Origin: Bacillota bacterium
GTDB taxonomy: Bacteria; Bacillota; Sulfobacillia; JAJZYS01; JAJYTV01
NCBI GenBank assembly: GCA_021793315.1
Contig: JAJYSZ010000006.1
Location: 459-64,458 of the forward strand
Direction of reading: 5' to 3'
Length of the DNA stretch: 64,000 nt
Made by a program: the position numbers and the translations under genes
Notes under the pieces: generated by a model
What the model saw: only the letters and a program-made list of their open reading frames with translations
Database searches by the model: none
Told to the model about the DNA's origin: nothing
Shown: positions 55,146 to 64,000 of the stretch, in pieces
Layout: each line of letters opens with the position of its first letter
Position numbering within the stretch: the first letter of the stretch is position 1

Positions 55146-56251
55146 CGCGCGGCCACCTCCACCACGGACTTGATGCCGTCGGGGTCCTTCGTCAGCGCGG
55201 CCTCGAACGACGCAAGCGGGTGGCGGGCCGTGATAAGCCGGGCGGCAAGCCCGGGAAAGGTCTGCTGCCATGCCATGAGGTCGCGCACGGCGGCCTCGTA
55301 GTGCTGGCGAGCGGCGTTGACCGATCCCACGAGGACCTGGTTCTCGAGCACCATCTCCTGGTTCAGGGCGTCGACATCGAGTTCGATCGTGTGGTGGCCC
55401 GCGGTGACGCCGGTCAGTACCATGGCGCCGTTGCGGCCCAGTCGGCGGAGCGCGCGGAATACGAGCGGGGCATAGCCGCTCGCCTCGAGCACGAGGTCGT
55501 AGAGCGTGCCCTCGGTCGCCTGCTCGAGCGGCTGCTTCGAGTCGTCGATGTAGCCGGCGCCGGCTGCGCGGGCGATCTCGGCCTTCGGGCTTCCCTCCGG
55601 CCGCTGGTCCAGCACATCCACGGCGAGGCCGCGGCTGCGCAGCGCAATTGCCGCCAGGAGGCCAATCGGGCCGGCCCCGGTGACAAGGGCGCGCCGCGGC
55701 GCAAGACCAGTGCGCCGCTGGATCAGCATGGTCTCGTCGATGGCCTTCTCCACGATGCTGAGCGGCTCCAAAAGCACACCGACGTCACGCAGATCCGGCG
55801 GCAGGAGGACGCAGTGCCCCGCGTCGTCGGTGAGACGCTCGCGCAGCATGCCGTGCAGCTTCGCGATGCCCCGCTCGGCATAGTTGCCTGTCAGGCACAT
55901 GTCCCAGCGGCCGCGGCTGCAAGGCTCGCAGTTCTCCGGGCATGGCCGCCGCACGATCGGCACGACGAGGTCGCCAGGGGCGAACCCAGTGACCCCTGTG
56001 CCCACCTCCTCCACCTCGCAGAGCGACTCGTGCCCTGGCACGAGGTGGTCTTCACCCGGAGGCGCCTCGCCATAAAGGCCTGCCTCGATCTCCGCGTCGG
56101 TGCCGCAGATTCCGCAGAGCAGCACCTTGAGCCCGATCTCGCCCTGGGTCGGCTTCGCGTAGGGCTCCTCACCAAGTCTCGCGCTGTGCGCTACGCCAGG
56201 CGTCACCTGAATGGCCCGGCAGCGTTCGGCTTTCGGCTCCCCCTTGGCCAC
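55142..56251 (-). CDS. Zn-dependent glucose 1-dehydrogenase (MDR family)
   Basis: GICGTD, GHES, VRRPC..C..C...DMC, ERGI..LHG, EPLSIVEKA, GAGPIG, GSVNA. Confidence 0.85.
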   Translation of the reverse strand: MAKGEPKAERCRAIQVTPGVAHSARLGEEPYAKPTQGEIGLKVLLCGICGTDAEIEAGLYGEAPPGEDHLVPGHESLCEVEEVGTGVTGFAPGDLVVPIVRRPCPENCEPCSRGRWDMCLTGNYAERGIAKLHGMLRERLTDDAGHCVLLPPDLRDVGVLLEPLSIVEKAIDETMLIQRRTGLAPRRALVTGAGPIGLLAAIALRSRGLAVDVLDQRPEGSPKAEIARAAGAGYIDDSKQPLEQATEGTLYDLVLEASGYAPLVFRALRRLGRNGAMVLTGVTAGHHTIELDVDALNQEMVLENQVLVGSVNAARQHYEAAVRDLMAWQQTFPGLAARLITARHPLASFEAALTKDPDGIKSVVEVAAR

Positions 56252-56346
56252 AAGAGTCCCTCCCCAATCGGCCGCCCGGCGGCCCCAAAAGTGTGTCTCT
56301 CCCTTACTCCTTTCGCATGATGTCCCGAAAACCTCCCGAGACGACA

Positions 56347-56373
56347 TCGGGGCGCCTCGTCCGGGCGCCCCGA
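56347..56373 (-). terminator. Hairpin after tldE/pmbA
   Basis: TCGGGGCGCC-tcgtccg-GGCGCCCCGA. Confidence 0.65.
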
Positions 56374-56378
56374 CCCCA

Positions 56379-57641
56379 TCAGGCTCCTGCCACCTGCAGT
56401 TCCTCGATGCGCACCTGCGCGGGCCCAAAATAGCCATTGCCCTCTTCCGTCTCGCGCGAGAGGCGACAGCGCCTGAGGGCCTCGAAGACGTTGCCCGTCA
56501 CGCTGCCCTGGGCGACCGGTATGCGCTCGCCGTTTCGGTGGAGGTAGCCCATCTTGATCTCTGCGGCGAAGGAACCTGTCATCGGATCGGGCATGTTGGC
56601 GGAGAACGCCAGCACTTCGAGGACCGGTCCGTCGGCGTAGAGATCGGCGCTGGCCGTCGTGCCCGGCGCCCAGACGAGGGTCCCGACGGGACCCGTGGGC
56701 GCGACCCCGAGATACGCGGCGAACTGGGGATCGGCGTGCATGTTCCGGATGACGCCACGGTCCAGGAGCTCGAGGCGACGCGCCGGCACCGTCGAGCTGT
56801 CGGTCGGGGCGGAGGCGACGGCGTACGGCAAGGTGGGATCGCAGGCGATCGTGATCGCGTCCCCCTCGGCGTCGATCAGCGTGTCGCCGACCTTCTTCTG
56901 CAGCATGCCCGAGACGAGATACTGACCGTTCGTGTGCACGTCGACCGACATCAGAAGCGTCGCGAGCTCGCTCGCCGGCAGCACGACCGGCATGCGGCCG
57001 GTGGGCGGCAGGGTGGCCCGGCTGCGATCCCGCACCGCCTGCAGGGCGCGCTCCAGCACGGCCTCTGGCAGGAGGCTCCCCAACAGCCTGGACTCGCGCA
57101 TCAGCCGGAACTCCGTGGAGTCGTCCCCTTCACCAGCCGCGACCACGAGATCGAGCAGGAAGCGATCGCTCTGCCACGCGTGGCTGCGCGCGTTGGACGC
57201 CTGGACCTCGGTCAGATGCCGGCCCGCGAACAGCTCCAGATGCGCCGCCTTTGCGCCTGCGCGCCCGATCTGCTTCAGCACCCCGGCCTGCCAGGCGATG
57301 AGCTCCTCGCGGTCCGGCATGCGTTCGGCACCCAGGGCGATCGCGGGATAGCCCGTGGAGCCCTGCGGGAGGCGGTAGGGGGGATTCAGGGCAAGCGAGG
57401 CCGCCGTCAGGGCCGTCTTCACGCGCTCGCCGTCATGCGCATCCCCTGCGAGGAAAGCGGATGCCGACCCACGCTGATCCGCAATGTCCCGGTACAGCAG
57501 CAGCTCGTGGTTCACGGTCTCGGCCGAACGCTCGGCGTGCAGCTCGCCAAGGCGCCAGTAAAGCTGCGTCTCGTCAGACTCCCGGCTTGTGAGCACCCAT
57601 TCGGAGGCCTCGCGCACCTCCCTGGGCAGTTGCAGCTTCAT
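56379..57641 (-). CDS. PmbA/TldE-family protein
   Basis: DPTLP....S.P.D, GSFAAEI..G, V.GNVFEAL; ATGA overlap with tldD. Confidence 0.8.
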   Translation of the reverse strand: MKLQLPREVREASEWVLTSRESDETQLYWRLGELHAERSAETVNHELLLYRDIADQRGSASAFLAGDAHDGERVKTALTAASLALNPPYRLPQGSTGYPAIALGAERMPDREELIAWQAGVLKQIGRAGAKAAHLELFAGRHLTEVQASNARSHAWQSDRFLLDLVVAAGEGDDSTEFRLMRESRLLGSLLPEAVLERALQAVRDRSRATLPPTGRMPVVLPASELATLLMSVDVHTNGQYLVSGMLQKKVGDTLIDAEGDAITIACDPTLPYAVASAPTDSSTVPARRLELLDRGVIRNMHADPQFAAYLGVAPTGPVGTLVWAPGTTASADLYADGPVLEVLAFSANMPDPMTGSFAAEIKMGYLHRNGERIPVAQGSVTGNVFEALRRCRLSRETEEGNGYFGPAQVRIEELQVAGA

Positions 57642-58939
57642 CCCAGCCTCGCCGTCATGCGCAGGTGCGGTCCGCCCGTCCCGTTGGTCACCCATTCCTT
57701 CCATCCCTTCCCGCAGTGGCCGGGCCACATGGCGAAGTCGTTCGCGGCCCCATCGATGCTCTGCAGCACGTCGGGCACGTATCCAGTCATGCCGAGCGTG
57801 CGATAGAGCTTGCCGGTCAGGCTACCGTCCCTGATCTCCTCGCCGTAGTGGCAGGTGATCTGCAGGCCCCAGTTGCGCGGATCCTCCATTCCCGACTCGA
57901 CCCGATGCAGATAGACGCCGTGCTCCACGCCCGCGATGAGCTCCTCCGGCGTACTCGTGCCGGGTTGGAAGTACGTGTTGGTCATCCGCGGATAGACCTT
58001 GCGGCTGTAGTCCTGGCGCCTGCCGTTGCCGCCGACGGCGTGCAGGGCCTGGGCCGCGTCGGCGTCTGCAAGGCCCCCCTTGAGGATGCCGTGGTCCAGG
58101 ATGACGTGCGGGCTTGCGAGCTCGCCGTCATCGTCGAAGGGGTAACCGCCGAAGCCGCCGGGCACGGCGGGGTCGTCGATGATCGTGGCGAAGTCGCTGC
58201 CTACCCGCTGGCCGATGTAGCGCTGCGAGCGGGCGCGATCCGAAAGGAAGAGGTCCATCTCGACACCATGGCCGAACGCTTCATGCGCAAGCACCCCGGA
58301 CACCTCGGGTGTCGTCACGACCTTGTAGCTGCCAGGCTCGATCGACGTGGCGTCAAGAAGGCGGACCGCGCGCTCCACCATGCGGTCGACGTCCTCGTCG
58401 TCGATCGAGGCGATCTCGAAGCCGCCGACGGCGCCCTGGCCCTGGTACTCGTACTCGCTGCGGCCGTCCTTGTGCACCACGATGTGCGCCATGAAGTGCA
58501 CCCGCCCGACGCGGCTGCGGCGGTCGAAGGCCTCGGTCGCGACGCGGTTCTCCTCGACGGACTCCTGGTAGCGCACCATGACCTGGACGATGCGGGGATC
58601 TCTCGCCTGCAGCCGTTCGCGCAGGCGGGTGACAACCTCGAGCTTTTCTTCGAGCGAGACGCCGTTGACCGGCCGGACGCCCGTCCAGTCGAAGTTCTCG
58701 ACGGGGGCGCCGGAAGGAGCCCAGTCGGTCTGCCAGCCCGGCACCGCCCACTCGCGCTGGATGCCTGCCTGCACCTCGCGCACCACGGTACCCTCACGCG
58801 GAGGATCCTGGCGGATCTCGACCGTCGGCCCCATCGCCATGATCGCGAGGCCGCTCGCGCGCGACATGGACACCCATCGGCTGCGCGCGGCTCCCTTGGC
58901 CGCCGCTTCAGCCAGGGCTCTGCTACCCTCCATCTGCAC
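57638..58939 (-). CDS. tldD: TldD-family metalloprotease
   Basis: HEAFGHGVEMD (HExxxH), GNGRRQDY, PRMTNTY, CGKG. Confidence 0.88.
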   Translation of the reverse strand: MQMEGSRALAEAAAKGAARSRWVSMSRASGLAIMAMGPTVEIRQDPPREGTVVREVQAGIQREWAVPGWQTDWAPSGAPVENFDWTGVRPVNGVSLEEKLEVVTRLRERLQARDPRIVQVMVRYQESVEENRVATEAFDRRSRVGRVHFMAHIVVHKDGRSEYEYQGQGAVGGFEIASIDDEDVDRMVERAVRLLDATSIEPGSYKVVTTPEVSGVLAHEAFGHGVEMDLFLSDRARSQRYIGQRVGSDFATIIDDPAVPGGFGGYPFDDDGELASPHVILDHGILKGGLADADAAQALHAVGGNGRRQDYSRKVYPRMTNTYFQPGTSTPEELIAGVEHGVYLHRVESGMEDPRNWGLQITCHYGEEIRDGSLTGKLYRTLGMTGYVPDVLQSIDGAANDFAMWPGHCGKGWKEWVTNGTGGPHLRMTARLG

Positions 58940-59172
58940 GTCACTCCTTGCTGCTGCAGCGAAGATCCCAGCGCGCTCCAATGGCGTTGCCGTTCAAGGA
59001 GCCTGTCGCCCTAGGGTCCCCCCGCAGCCAGAGCACTCTTCCCCACGGGTCGGGTCGGGGCCTGCCGACCTACCAAGGATTGGACTCCAGGCCAACCGGG
59101 AGCATCCGGTACGCCGCCTGCGTAGAACGGAAAAGGGACGGCATTGCGCCGCCCCTTGGAGGAGGTGCGGCG

Positions 59173-59493
59173 GTGGAGGCAGCCCCTGACTTCCTGCTGA
59201 CCTGCAACGGGGTAGAGAGCGCCTGCCGTCTCCTGGGACGAACGATCGCTCTCGGGCGGGACGACCTGCTGGTCGCCCAGGTGTCTCCGGCGATCCCCGC
59301 CCCGATCGGCGCCGCGGCGCTCGCAGAAGTGGTGCTGGCGCCGCGCCAGCCGGGACGGAGCCTGCTGCCCGTGCCTGCGTCGCCGACCCCGGTCTACGTT
59401 TGTCAGCTGCAGCAAAACCAGTCCGGCGCCTCCCAGCTGGTCGTCGTCGCATGGGGCGAGCTGCGGCGGCGTCCCGAAGCCTCGGGAGTCTAG
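59173..59493 (+). CDS. Hypothetical protein (106 aa)
   Basis: GTG behind SD GGAGGAGG; stop overlaps the convergent gene's stop. Confidence 0.55.
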   Translation: MEAAPDFLLTCNGVESACRLLGRTIALGRDDLLVAQVSPAIPAPIGAAALAEVVLAPRQPGRSLLPVPASPTPVYVCQLQQNQSGASQLVVVAWGELRRRPEASGV

Positions 59494-59648
59494 CTATCCC
59501 CCTGGGCATCCAGCCGCTGCCGGATCGTCTCCACAGCGCTCTGCAGGTCGTCGATCTGGGCCTGCATCTCGTGCATGCGTTCAGTGCGGATCCATAAGGT
59601 GACGACGGCCGCCACCGCAAGAGCCAGAATGAACGTGAAGAGAATCAT
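59490..59648 (-). CDS. Small TM + coiled-coil protein (52 aa)
   Basis: MILFTFILALAVAAVVTLWIRTERMHEMQAQIDDLQSAVETIRQRLDAQGDS; SD GGGGGG. Confidence 0.6.
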   Translation of the reverse strand: MILFTFILALAVAAVVTLWIRTERMHEMQAQIDDLQSAVETIRQRLDAQGDS

Positions 59649-59704
59649 GGTCTTCCCCCCGAAACCTTCTTCGCGCCTGTTCAGTATCCGCCTGCCCAAA
59701 AGGC

Positions 59705-61729
59705 TCAGTGGCTGGTCCACGCCCCGCCCTGGTAGCTCGCGTCGAAGACGCCGATGCCGGAAAGGGAGACGAGCGCTCGGTTCCGGCCGGGTACGACGCC
59801 CGCGGGCCCCAGGTCGCCCAGCGGCGGGACCGTCCCAGGCGAGGAGGTCCCGACCTCGACCGACCGCCACCCGATCCCCGGTACCAGAACCGCGAAACCT
59901 TCGTTGAAGACCCCTACCGCATAGCCGCCCGGCGCGGGATAGATGGCGCCGCCAAACCCGGACTGCGGCAGCCTCAGGCGCAGCTGCCGCCAGTGGATGC
60001 CGCCGTCCGTCGTCCGCCAGAGCGGTGTGCGAGGTCCGCACTTCCTCCCGACCGGGCAGAGGCCGAACGCGTAGCCGACACTCCGGCTGACAAATGCGAT
60101 GGACGAGAAGAAGACATCCTTCGGCAGCTCCGTGACCTCCGTGAACTGTCGTCCGCCGTCCCGCGTCACGACCACCTTGTCGTGGCAGGGCGCCGCGATG
60201 GGGCAGCCTTTGCCGCTCTGCGTGAGCACGTAGCCGAGGTCTGGCCCGAGGAAGGACATCGCCACGACTGCACTGCCCTTCACCGCTGGGACCGCCGACC
60301 AGTTCCGCCCGCCGTTCACGGTCCTGTAGAGGCCGTTCGGCAGGAGGAGATAGCCCTGGCGCGCCGAGGCGAACTGCAGCTTGCCCGCCGTCACGGTGGC
60401 CGCTGCGACTTCCGGTATCTCCCCGACCTTATGCCAGGTCCGCCCGTTTGAGCTCGCCAGGACCGCCCCGGGATCGAGCGCAGTGCCGATGCCGAAATAG
60501 GGCCCACCGGGGGCGCGGGCGACCGTGCCGAGCGGCTCCTGCGCCTGAAGGATGGGAGTCCACTGCAGCCCGCCGTCCGTCGTTCGGTAGACGAGCATGG
60601 GGCAGACGGATGTGTAGCACTGGGCACCAGTGCCGACCGCCCAACCGTCCTGCTGGTTCACGAATTGAACCGCGTCGATGCTGCCTTTGAAGGCGTAGGC
60701 AAGGTGGGTCGTCCGAAAGCCGTCGCTTGTGGCGAGGACGATATTGGAGGCCATGTCGATTCCGCCGCCCGGGCCACAGGCGGTCGTACCCATCAATACG
60801 AGCACGCCTGAGAGGGCGCTCTGCATATGCACCGCGGTCTGGTCGGTGCAGTAGCGCGACCAGACCGACTGGTAGGGGGCTGCGCCGCTTTGGGAGCGGT
60901 AGACGTAGTTCATGCAGCCGCCGTTCGCGGCGCCGCCATCGCAGGCCGTGATGTAGGTGGGGCCGCCGGGCAGCTGCTGCAGGGACCCTGAGACGGCGCT
61001 GATCGGCCCTTGATGGCCGCTTGGCAGTGTGGCTACCGGCGCGAAGGAACGCCCCCCGTCCGTGGTCTTGACGAGATCGCCGCCGAGGAGCCCATAACCC
61101 GTGCGGCCATCGGCGGTGGAGAGCACCGCGAAGCCCTGCGACGACATCTTCGTGAGGCTGGACCAGTGCAATCCACCATCCGACGTGCCGTAGAGCGTCG
61201 TCTCGGCGGCACAGGAGCCCATGCAGAGATTTGCGGCGCTGATCCAGCCGCCGGTCGCGCTCCAGGCGGCACTGGCGCCAAAGAGCGAATCCGGTGTGCG
61301 CAGCACCTCACGGAAGCTCCGGCCGCCGTCGCCCGTCCAGAAGACGGCGCCGAGGCAATTGGGCTGAACCATGCCGCAATTGGTGTTCTCACCGAACAGC
61401 ACGCCGTCCTCGGTGTTGAAAAACCGCATGCCCTGGTACATGAATCCCTTCGGCAGGGCGATCGTCTGCCATGTGCGCGCGCCGTCCGCGGTGCGCAGCA
61501 GGACCCCGCCGCCAACTTGGTAGTCGGCAGCCGGCCGCAGCACATACCCGACATCGCTTGAGGTGAACTGGATCGCCGCGGGAGCCGAGGTGAAAAGGTC
61601 GCTCGGCAGGGCAACCCGTGCGTGCGACGCGAGGACGGGAGTCTTCGGAGCGGCCGCGGGCCTGGCGCCGCAGGAAGCCACGGCGAGGGTGGACGCCGCC
61701 GCCAACGCGATCAAGGACCTGGACCGCAT
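59705..61729 (-). CDS. Lipoprotein with BNR/YCF48-like beta-propeller repeats
   Basis: Lipobox VASC at residue 20; about 10 repeats of (S/T).DGG.(T/S)W; SD AAGGAGGGAGG. Confidence 0.85.
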   Translation of the reverse strand: MRSRSLIALAAASTLAVASCGARPAAAPKTPVLASHARVALPSDLFTSAPAAIQFTSSDVGYVLRPAADYQVGGGVLLRTADGARTWQTIALPKGFMYQGMRFFNTEDGVLFGENTNCGMVQPNCLGAVFWTGDGGRSFREVLRTPDSLFGASAAWSATGGWISAANLCMGSCAAETTLYGTSDGGLHWSSLTKMSSQGFAVLSTADGRTGYGLLGGDLVKTTDGGRSFAPVATLPSGHQGPISAVSGSLQQLPGGPTYITACDGGAANGGCMNYVYRSQSGAAPYQSVWSRYCTDQTAVHMQSALSGVLVLMGTTACGPGGGIDMASNIVLATSDGFRTTHLAYAFKGSIDAVQFVNQQDGWAVGTGAQCYTSVCPMLVYRTTDGGLQWTPILQAQEPLGTVARAPGGPYFGIGTALDPGAVLASSNGRTWHKVGEIPEVAAATVTAGKLQFASARQGYLLLPNGLYRTVNGGRNWSAVPAVKGSAVVAMSFLGPDLGYVLTQSGKGCPIAAPCHDKVVVTRDGGRQFTEVTELPKDVFFSSIAFVSRSVGYAFGLCPVGRKCGPRTPLWRTTDGGIHWRQLRLRLPQSGFGGAIYPAPGGYAVGVFNEGFAVLVPGIGWRSVEVGTSSPGTVPPLGDLGPAGVVPGRNRALVSLSGIGVFDASYQGGAWTSH

Positions 61730-61969
61730 CAGGCCTCCCTCCTTCCGGCCGGATCTGCAAGTCGCTACCTCAGCCTCAGTGTAGCGCCTGGAAAGGCGGA
61801 CGCGCGCGCACGCCAAGGGTTCTGCTGATCGACGATGTGCGGCGGAGGACCCGCCGTACGGCAGGCCCTCCGCCTCGTGTTTGGCGCTTCGGAGAACACG
61901 ACTCGGGGGCGGGGACGCGGGCGTGCCACGCTCCAACCCGCCCCGGACAGATGCTTTGGTCCGCAGCCC

Positions 61970-62503
61970 TCAGTCCACCAAGGTCTTGGCCATAAAGAGG
62001 GCTACCTCGTCACCGGCGTCCGTATGCCTGTAGAGCTCGAGGTCCAGGCCGCATAGCTCGAAGCCGAGCGAACGATAGGCCGCGATCGCCGGAGCGTTGA
62101 CGTTCGACACCTCGAGCCAGACGGTGCGGGCGCCCAACGTGCTTCCGTGCCTGGCCGCCACGTCGAGAAGTGCGCGCGATACGCCCTGCCGGCGCGCGCC
62201 TCTATCCACGTAGAGGTGCCAGATCGCCAGCCGCCGGTTCCAGGACTCGTAGCGGGTGGCGGCAAAGCCTACGATCCGCTCCCCCTGGCAGGCAACCCAC
62301 GCCATGTCCCAGAGGCGCTGCTCCTCCTGCCAGTCATCCACCGTATAGGTCTTCGTGATGGGCGCCGTATTCGTCCGTCGAATGGTAAAGCCCTGATCAT
62401 GCCACACCACGACATAGATCTCGCTGGTGGTGAACGAGGTGTCCAAGCTGTTTATCGCATCCTGATCTTCGGGCAGCCGAAGCTCCCTGACAGCAGGCGG
62501 CAC
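61970..62503 (-). CDS. GNAT acetyltransferase, streptothricin/nourseothricin acetyltransferase-like
   Basis: LDTSFTT, SWNRRL, WLEVSNVNAPAIAAYR..GFELCGLD..LY..T..E.AL.M. Confidence 0.8.
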   Translation of the reverse strand: MPPAVRELRLPEDQDAINSLDTSFTTSEIYVVVWHDQGFTIRRTNTAPITKTYTVDDWQEEQRLWDMAWVACQGERIVGFAATRYESWNRRLAIWHLYVDRGARRQGVSRALLDVAARHGSTLGARTVWLEVSNVNAPAIAAYRSLGFELCGLDLELYRHTDAGDEVALFMAKTLVD

Positions 62504-62628
62504 CGATTCACCCTCCTCCACTGCACCCGACGGCGCCTGCCGAGGCAGCCTCTCTGCGCAGGATGAACCACCGTCCCGCCGCGCGACGGTGCGCCGGGAA
62601 ATCGCGGACTTGGACCGGCCAGCCGCTG

Positions 62629-63699
62629 CTACCCGACCGCGCCCACGATGGTCACGTGCTGGTGCCGTCTTTCCGCGAGATCGATCTCGTAGCACTCCGA
62701 GAGCCGCTTTCCTTGGGCGTCAGCGAAGACGCGAACGATAGGTCGCGACTTGATCGGCCCGCCAACCTCCTTGACGACCGCCTGCTCACCACTCGAGAGT
62801 TCCACTTCCGTGCCAATCGGATACGGCGGCACCAAGCGGTGAAACGTCGACACCAATTCGTAGTCGAAGAGCGTGTCTCCGCCGCCTACGATGAGTTCAA
62901 GTGCCTCCGCGGGCGTATACAGTCTGCGTCCTGGGCGCGTCAGGGTGACTGCGGTGTACACATCGCAAACGGCTAGGATCTGGCCGTTGCGATGGATTTC
63001 GCTTCCCTTTAGCCCTTTGGGATAGCCGCTCCCGTCAATACGCTCGTGGTGCTGCGTGACAGCAGTACGGGTCATCGCGCTCCAACCGTCCTGCGATGAG
63101 AGCAGGCGGAGCGTATTCTGCACGTGCTCCTCGACCACCGCCCGTTCCGAGACATCGAGATCTTTCTGCTTCTCAAGAATCTCGCTCGGCACAAACCACA
63201 TGCCCACGTCCGCGACAAGTCCCGCGAGGCCCAGGTCGAAGCGGTACCTTCGCATGTCTACCGCCATGGCGATGCGAACGACCAGACTGGCACGGTTGAT
63301 TGCATGGATGAGATCACGCTGAGCCTCGTTCTCGGGATACAGCATCAACGCTTGATCCAAGGAAACGTCGTCGACATCGCGTTCGATGGCCCTGACAAGT
63401 CTCGCGAAGGAACGGTAGTCGAGAGTCGCATTCGGATTCTGCGCAACGCCTGATCGCGTCTCCTGAAACAGCTTGGCCGCCATTTGCAGGGTTTCAGGCG
63501 AAACCGCCAGCTCATACGCCATGTCGTCGAAAGCCGGATCCGTGACATGAATGATCTCAACCCCGGCAGCGCGTAGGCGATCCAGCCACTCTGCCGTGAT
63601 CCGGGTTCCCGCGGGTGCGAGCACGGACCCGCTGCCGTCCAGCGGCGCCGCCGCCAGCTCCTGTCCGATCGCTTGGGGGCCCAGCCTCATTCGTCGCAT
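62629..63699 (-). CDS. HD-GYP domain protein (degenerate HD motif)
   Basis: HHERIDGSGYPKGLKG present; HD dyad reads AD (GLVADVGM); C-terminal PIG..VELSSGE..VV..RPIV. Confidence 0.85.
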   Translation of the reverse strand: MRRMRLGPQAIGQELAAAPLDGSGSVLAPAGTRITAEWLDRLRAAGVEIIHVTDPAFDDMAYELAVSPETLQMAAKLFQETRSGVAQNPNATLDYRSFARLVRAIERDVDDVSLDQALMLYPENEAQRDLIHAINRASLVVRIAMAVDMRRYRFDLGLAGLVADVGMWFVPSEILEKQKDLDVSERAVVEEHVQNTLRLLSSQDGWSAMTRTAVTQHHERIDGSGYPKGLKGSEIHRNGQILAVCDVYTAVTLTRPGRRLYTPAEALELIVGGGDTLFDYELVSTFHRLVPPYPIGTEVELSSGEQAVVKEVGGPIKSRPIVRVFADAQGKRLSECYEIDLAERRHQHVTIVGAVG

Positions 63700-64000
63700 G
63701 TCCGTCTTACCTCACATCGCATGAGTCGCACCAGCCCTACAGCAGACCCCACCTGCAACAGCGAGCGCTAGCCAGGGCTCATGCAAATGCGTCCAGATCG
63801 TCTAAGGTGCTCAAGTCCTCCGGGACTGGCCTCGGAGGATCGGTGGGTCCTCCCCTCATTCCCAACGGACCCCTACGATACCTGCAACAATGCTCCTCTG
63901 AACGACCGCGGATGCGGTCAGCCAGCCGCCCGAAGGCGATGTTGGCCAGTTAATGCGCACTCACGCACTGCGTGCCCAGCGCTTTCTTACTCGAGGCGGT

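Noticed and set aside
58990-59415. 134-aa minus-strand ORF 59011-59415
   Set aside because: Overlaps the better-supported plus-strand ORF 59173-59493, which has a strong SD; low-complexity translation
63700-63960. c-di-GMP riboswitch upstream of the HD-GYP gene
   Set aside because: Only GGACGCA resembles the class I core; the GCAAA/GAAA tetraloop elements are missing
1-64000. CRISPR array, rRNA, tRNA, IS elements
   Set aside because: No regularly spaced repeats, RNA gene signatures or transposase motifs found by eye

Overview
About 64 kb of high-GC chromosomal DNA from an endospore-forming Bacillota member (spoVT, veg, cphBA next to ispE, T-box-controlled metG, NrdR boxes). The exact lineage cannot be fixed from sequence alone. 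I saw no rRNA, tRNA, CRISPR array, transposase or integrase. Left part: PIN-PhoH (truncated by the window edge), yggT, a scrambled capA remnant, B12-dependent ribonucleotide reductase nrdJ, a GAF kinase/NarL pair, leucine dehydrogenase and a Paa-like acyl-CoA oxidation module. Middle: the conserved Firmicute backbone metG-tatD-yabE-rsmA-veg-cphB-cphA-ispE-purR-glmU-prs-pth-mfd-spoVT on the minus strand. The most striking region is 37.4-46.5 kb, a plus-strand cluster reading ssb, VirB2-like, VirB6-like, PrgI-like, [dapB-like insert], VirB4-like ATPase, CpaB, CpaE-like, TadA, TadB, TadC. It has no relaxase, coupling protein or integrase, is preceded by a LexA-box-like site, and is bracketed by a 12-bp direct repeat. 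I propose, as inference only, a chromosomal DNA-exchange or uptake machine analogous to archaeal Ced/Ups. Next to it are a polyprenyl-phospho-arabinose pathway (DprE1, DprE2, UbiA-type PRTase, HAD), GH15 plus glucose dehydrogenase, tldDE, a Cys-rich BNR lipoprotein, a Nat1/SAT-like acetyltransferase and a degenerate HD-GYP protein. Many start codons were re-called from Shine-Dalgarno position. All family assignments come from recognised motifs, not database searches.
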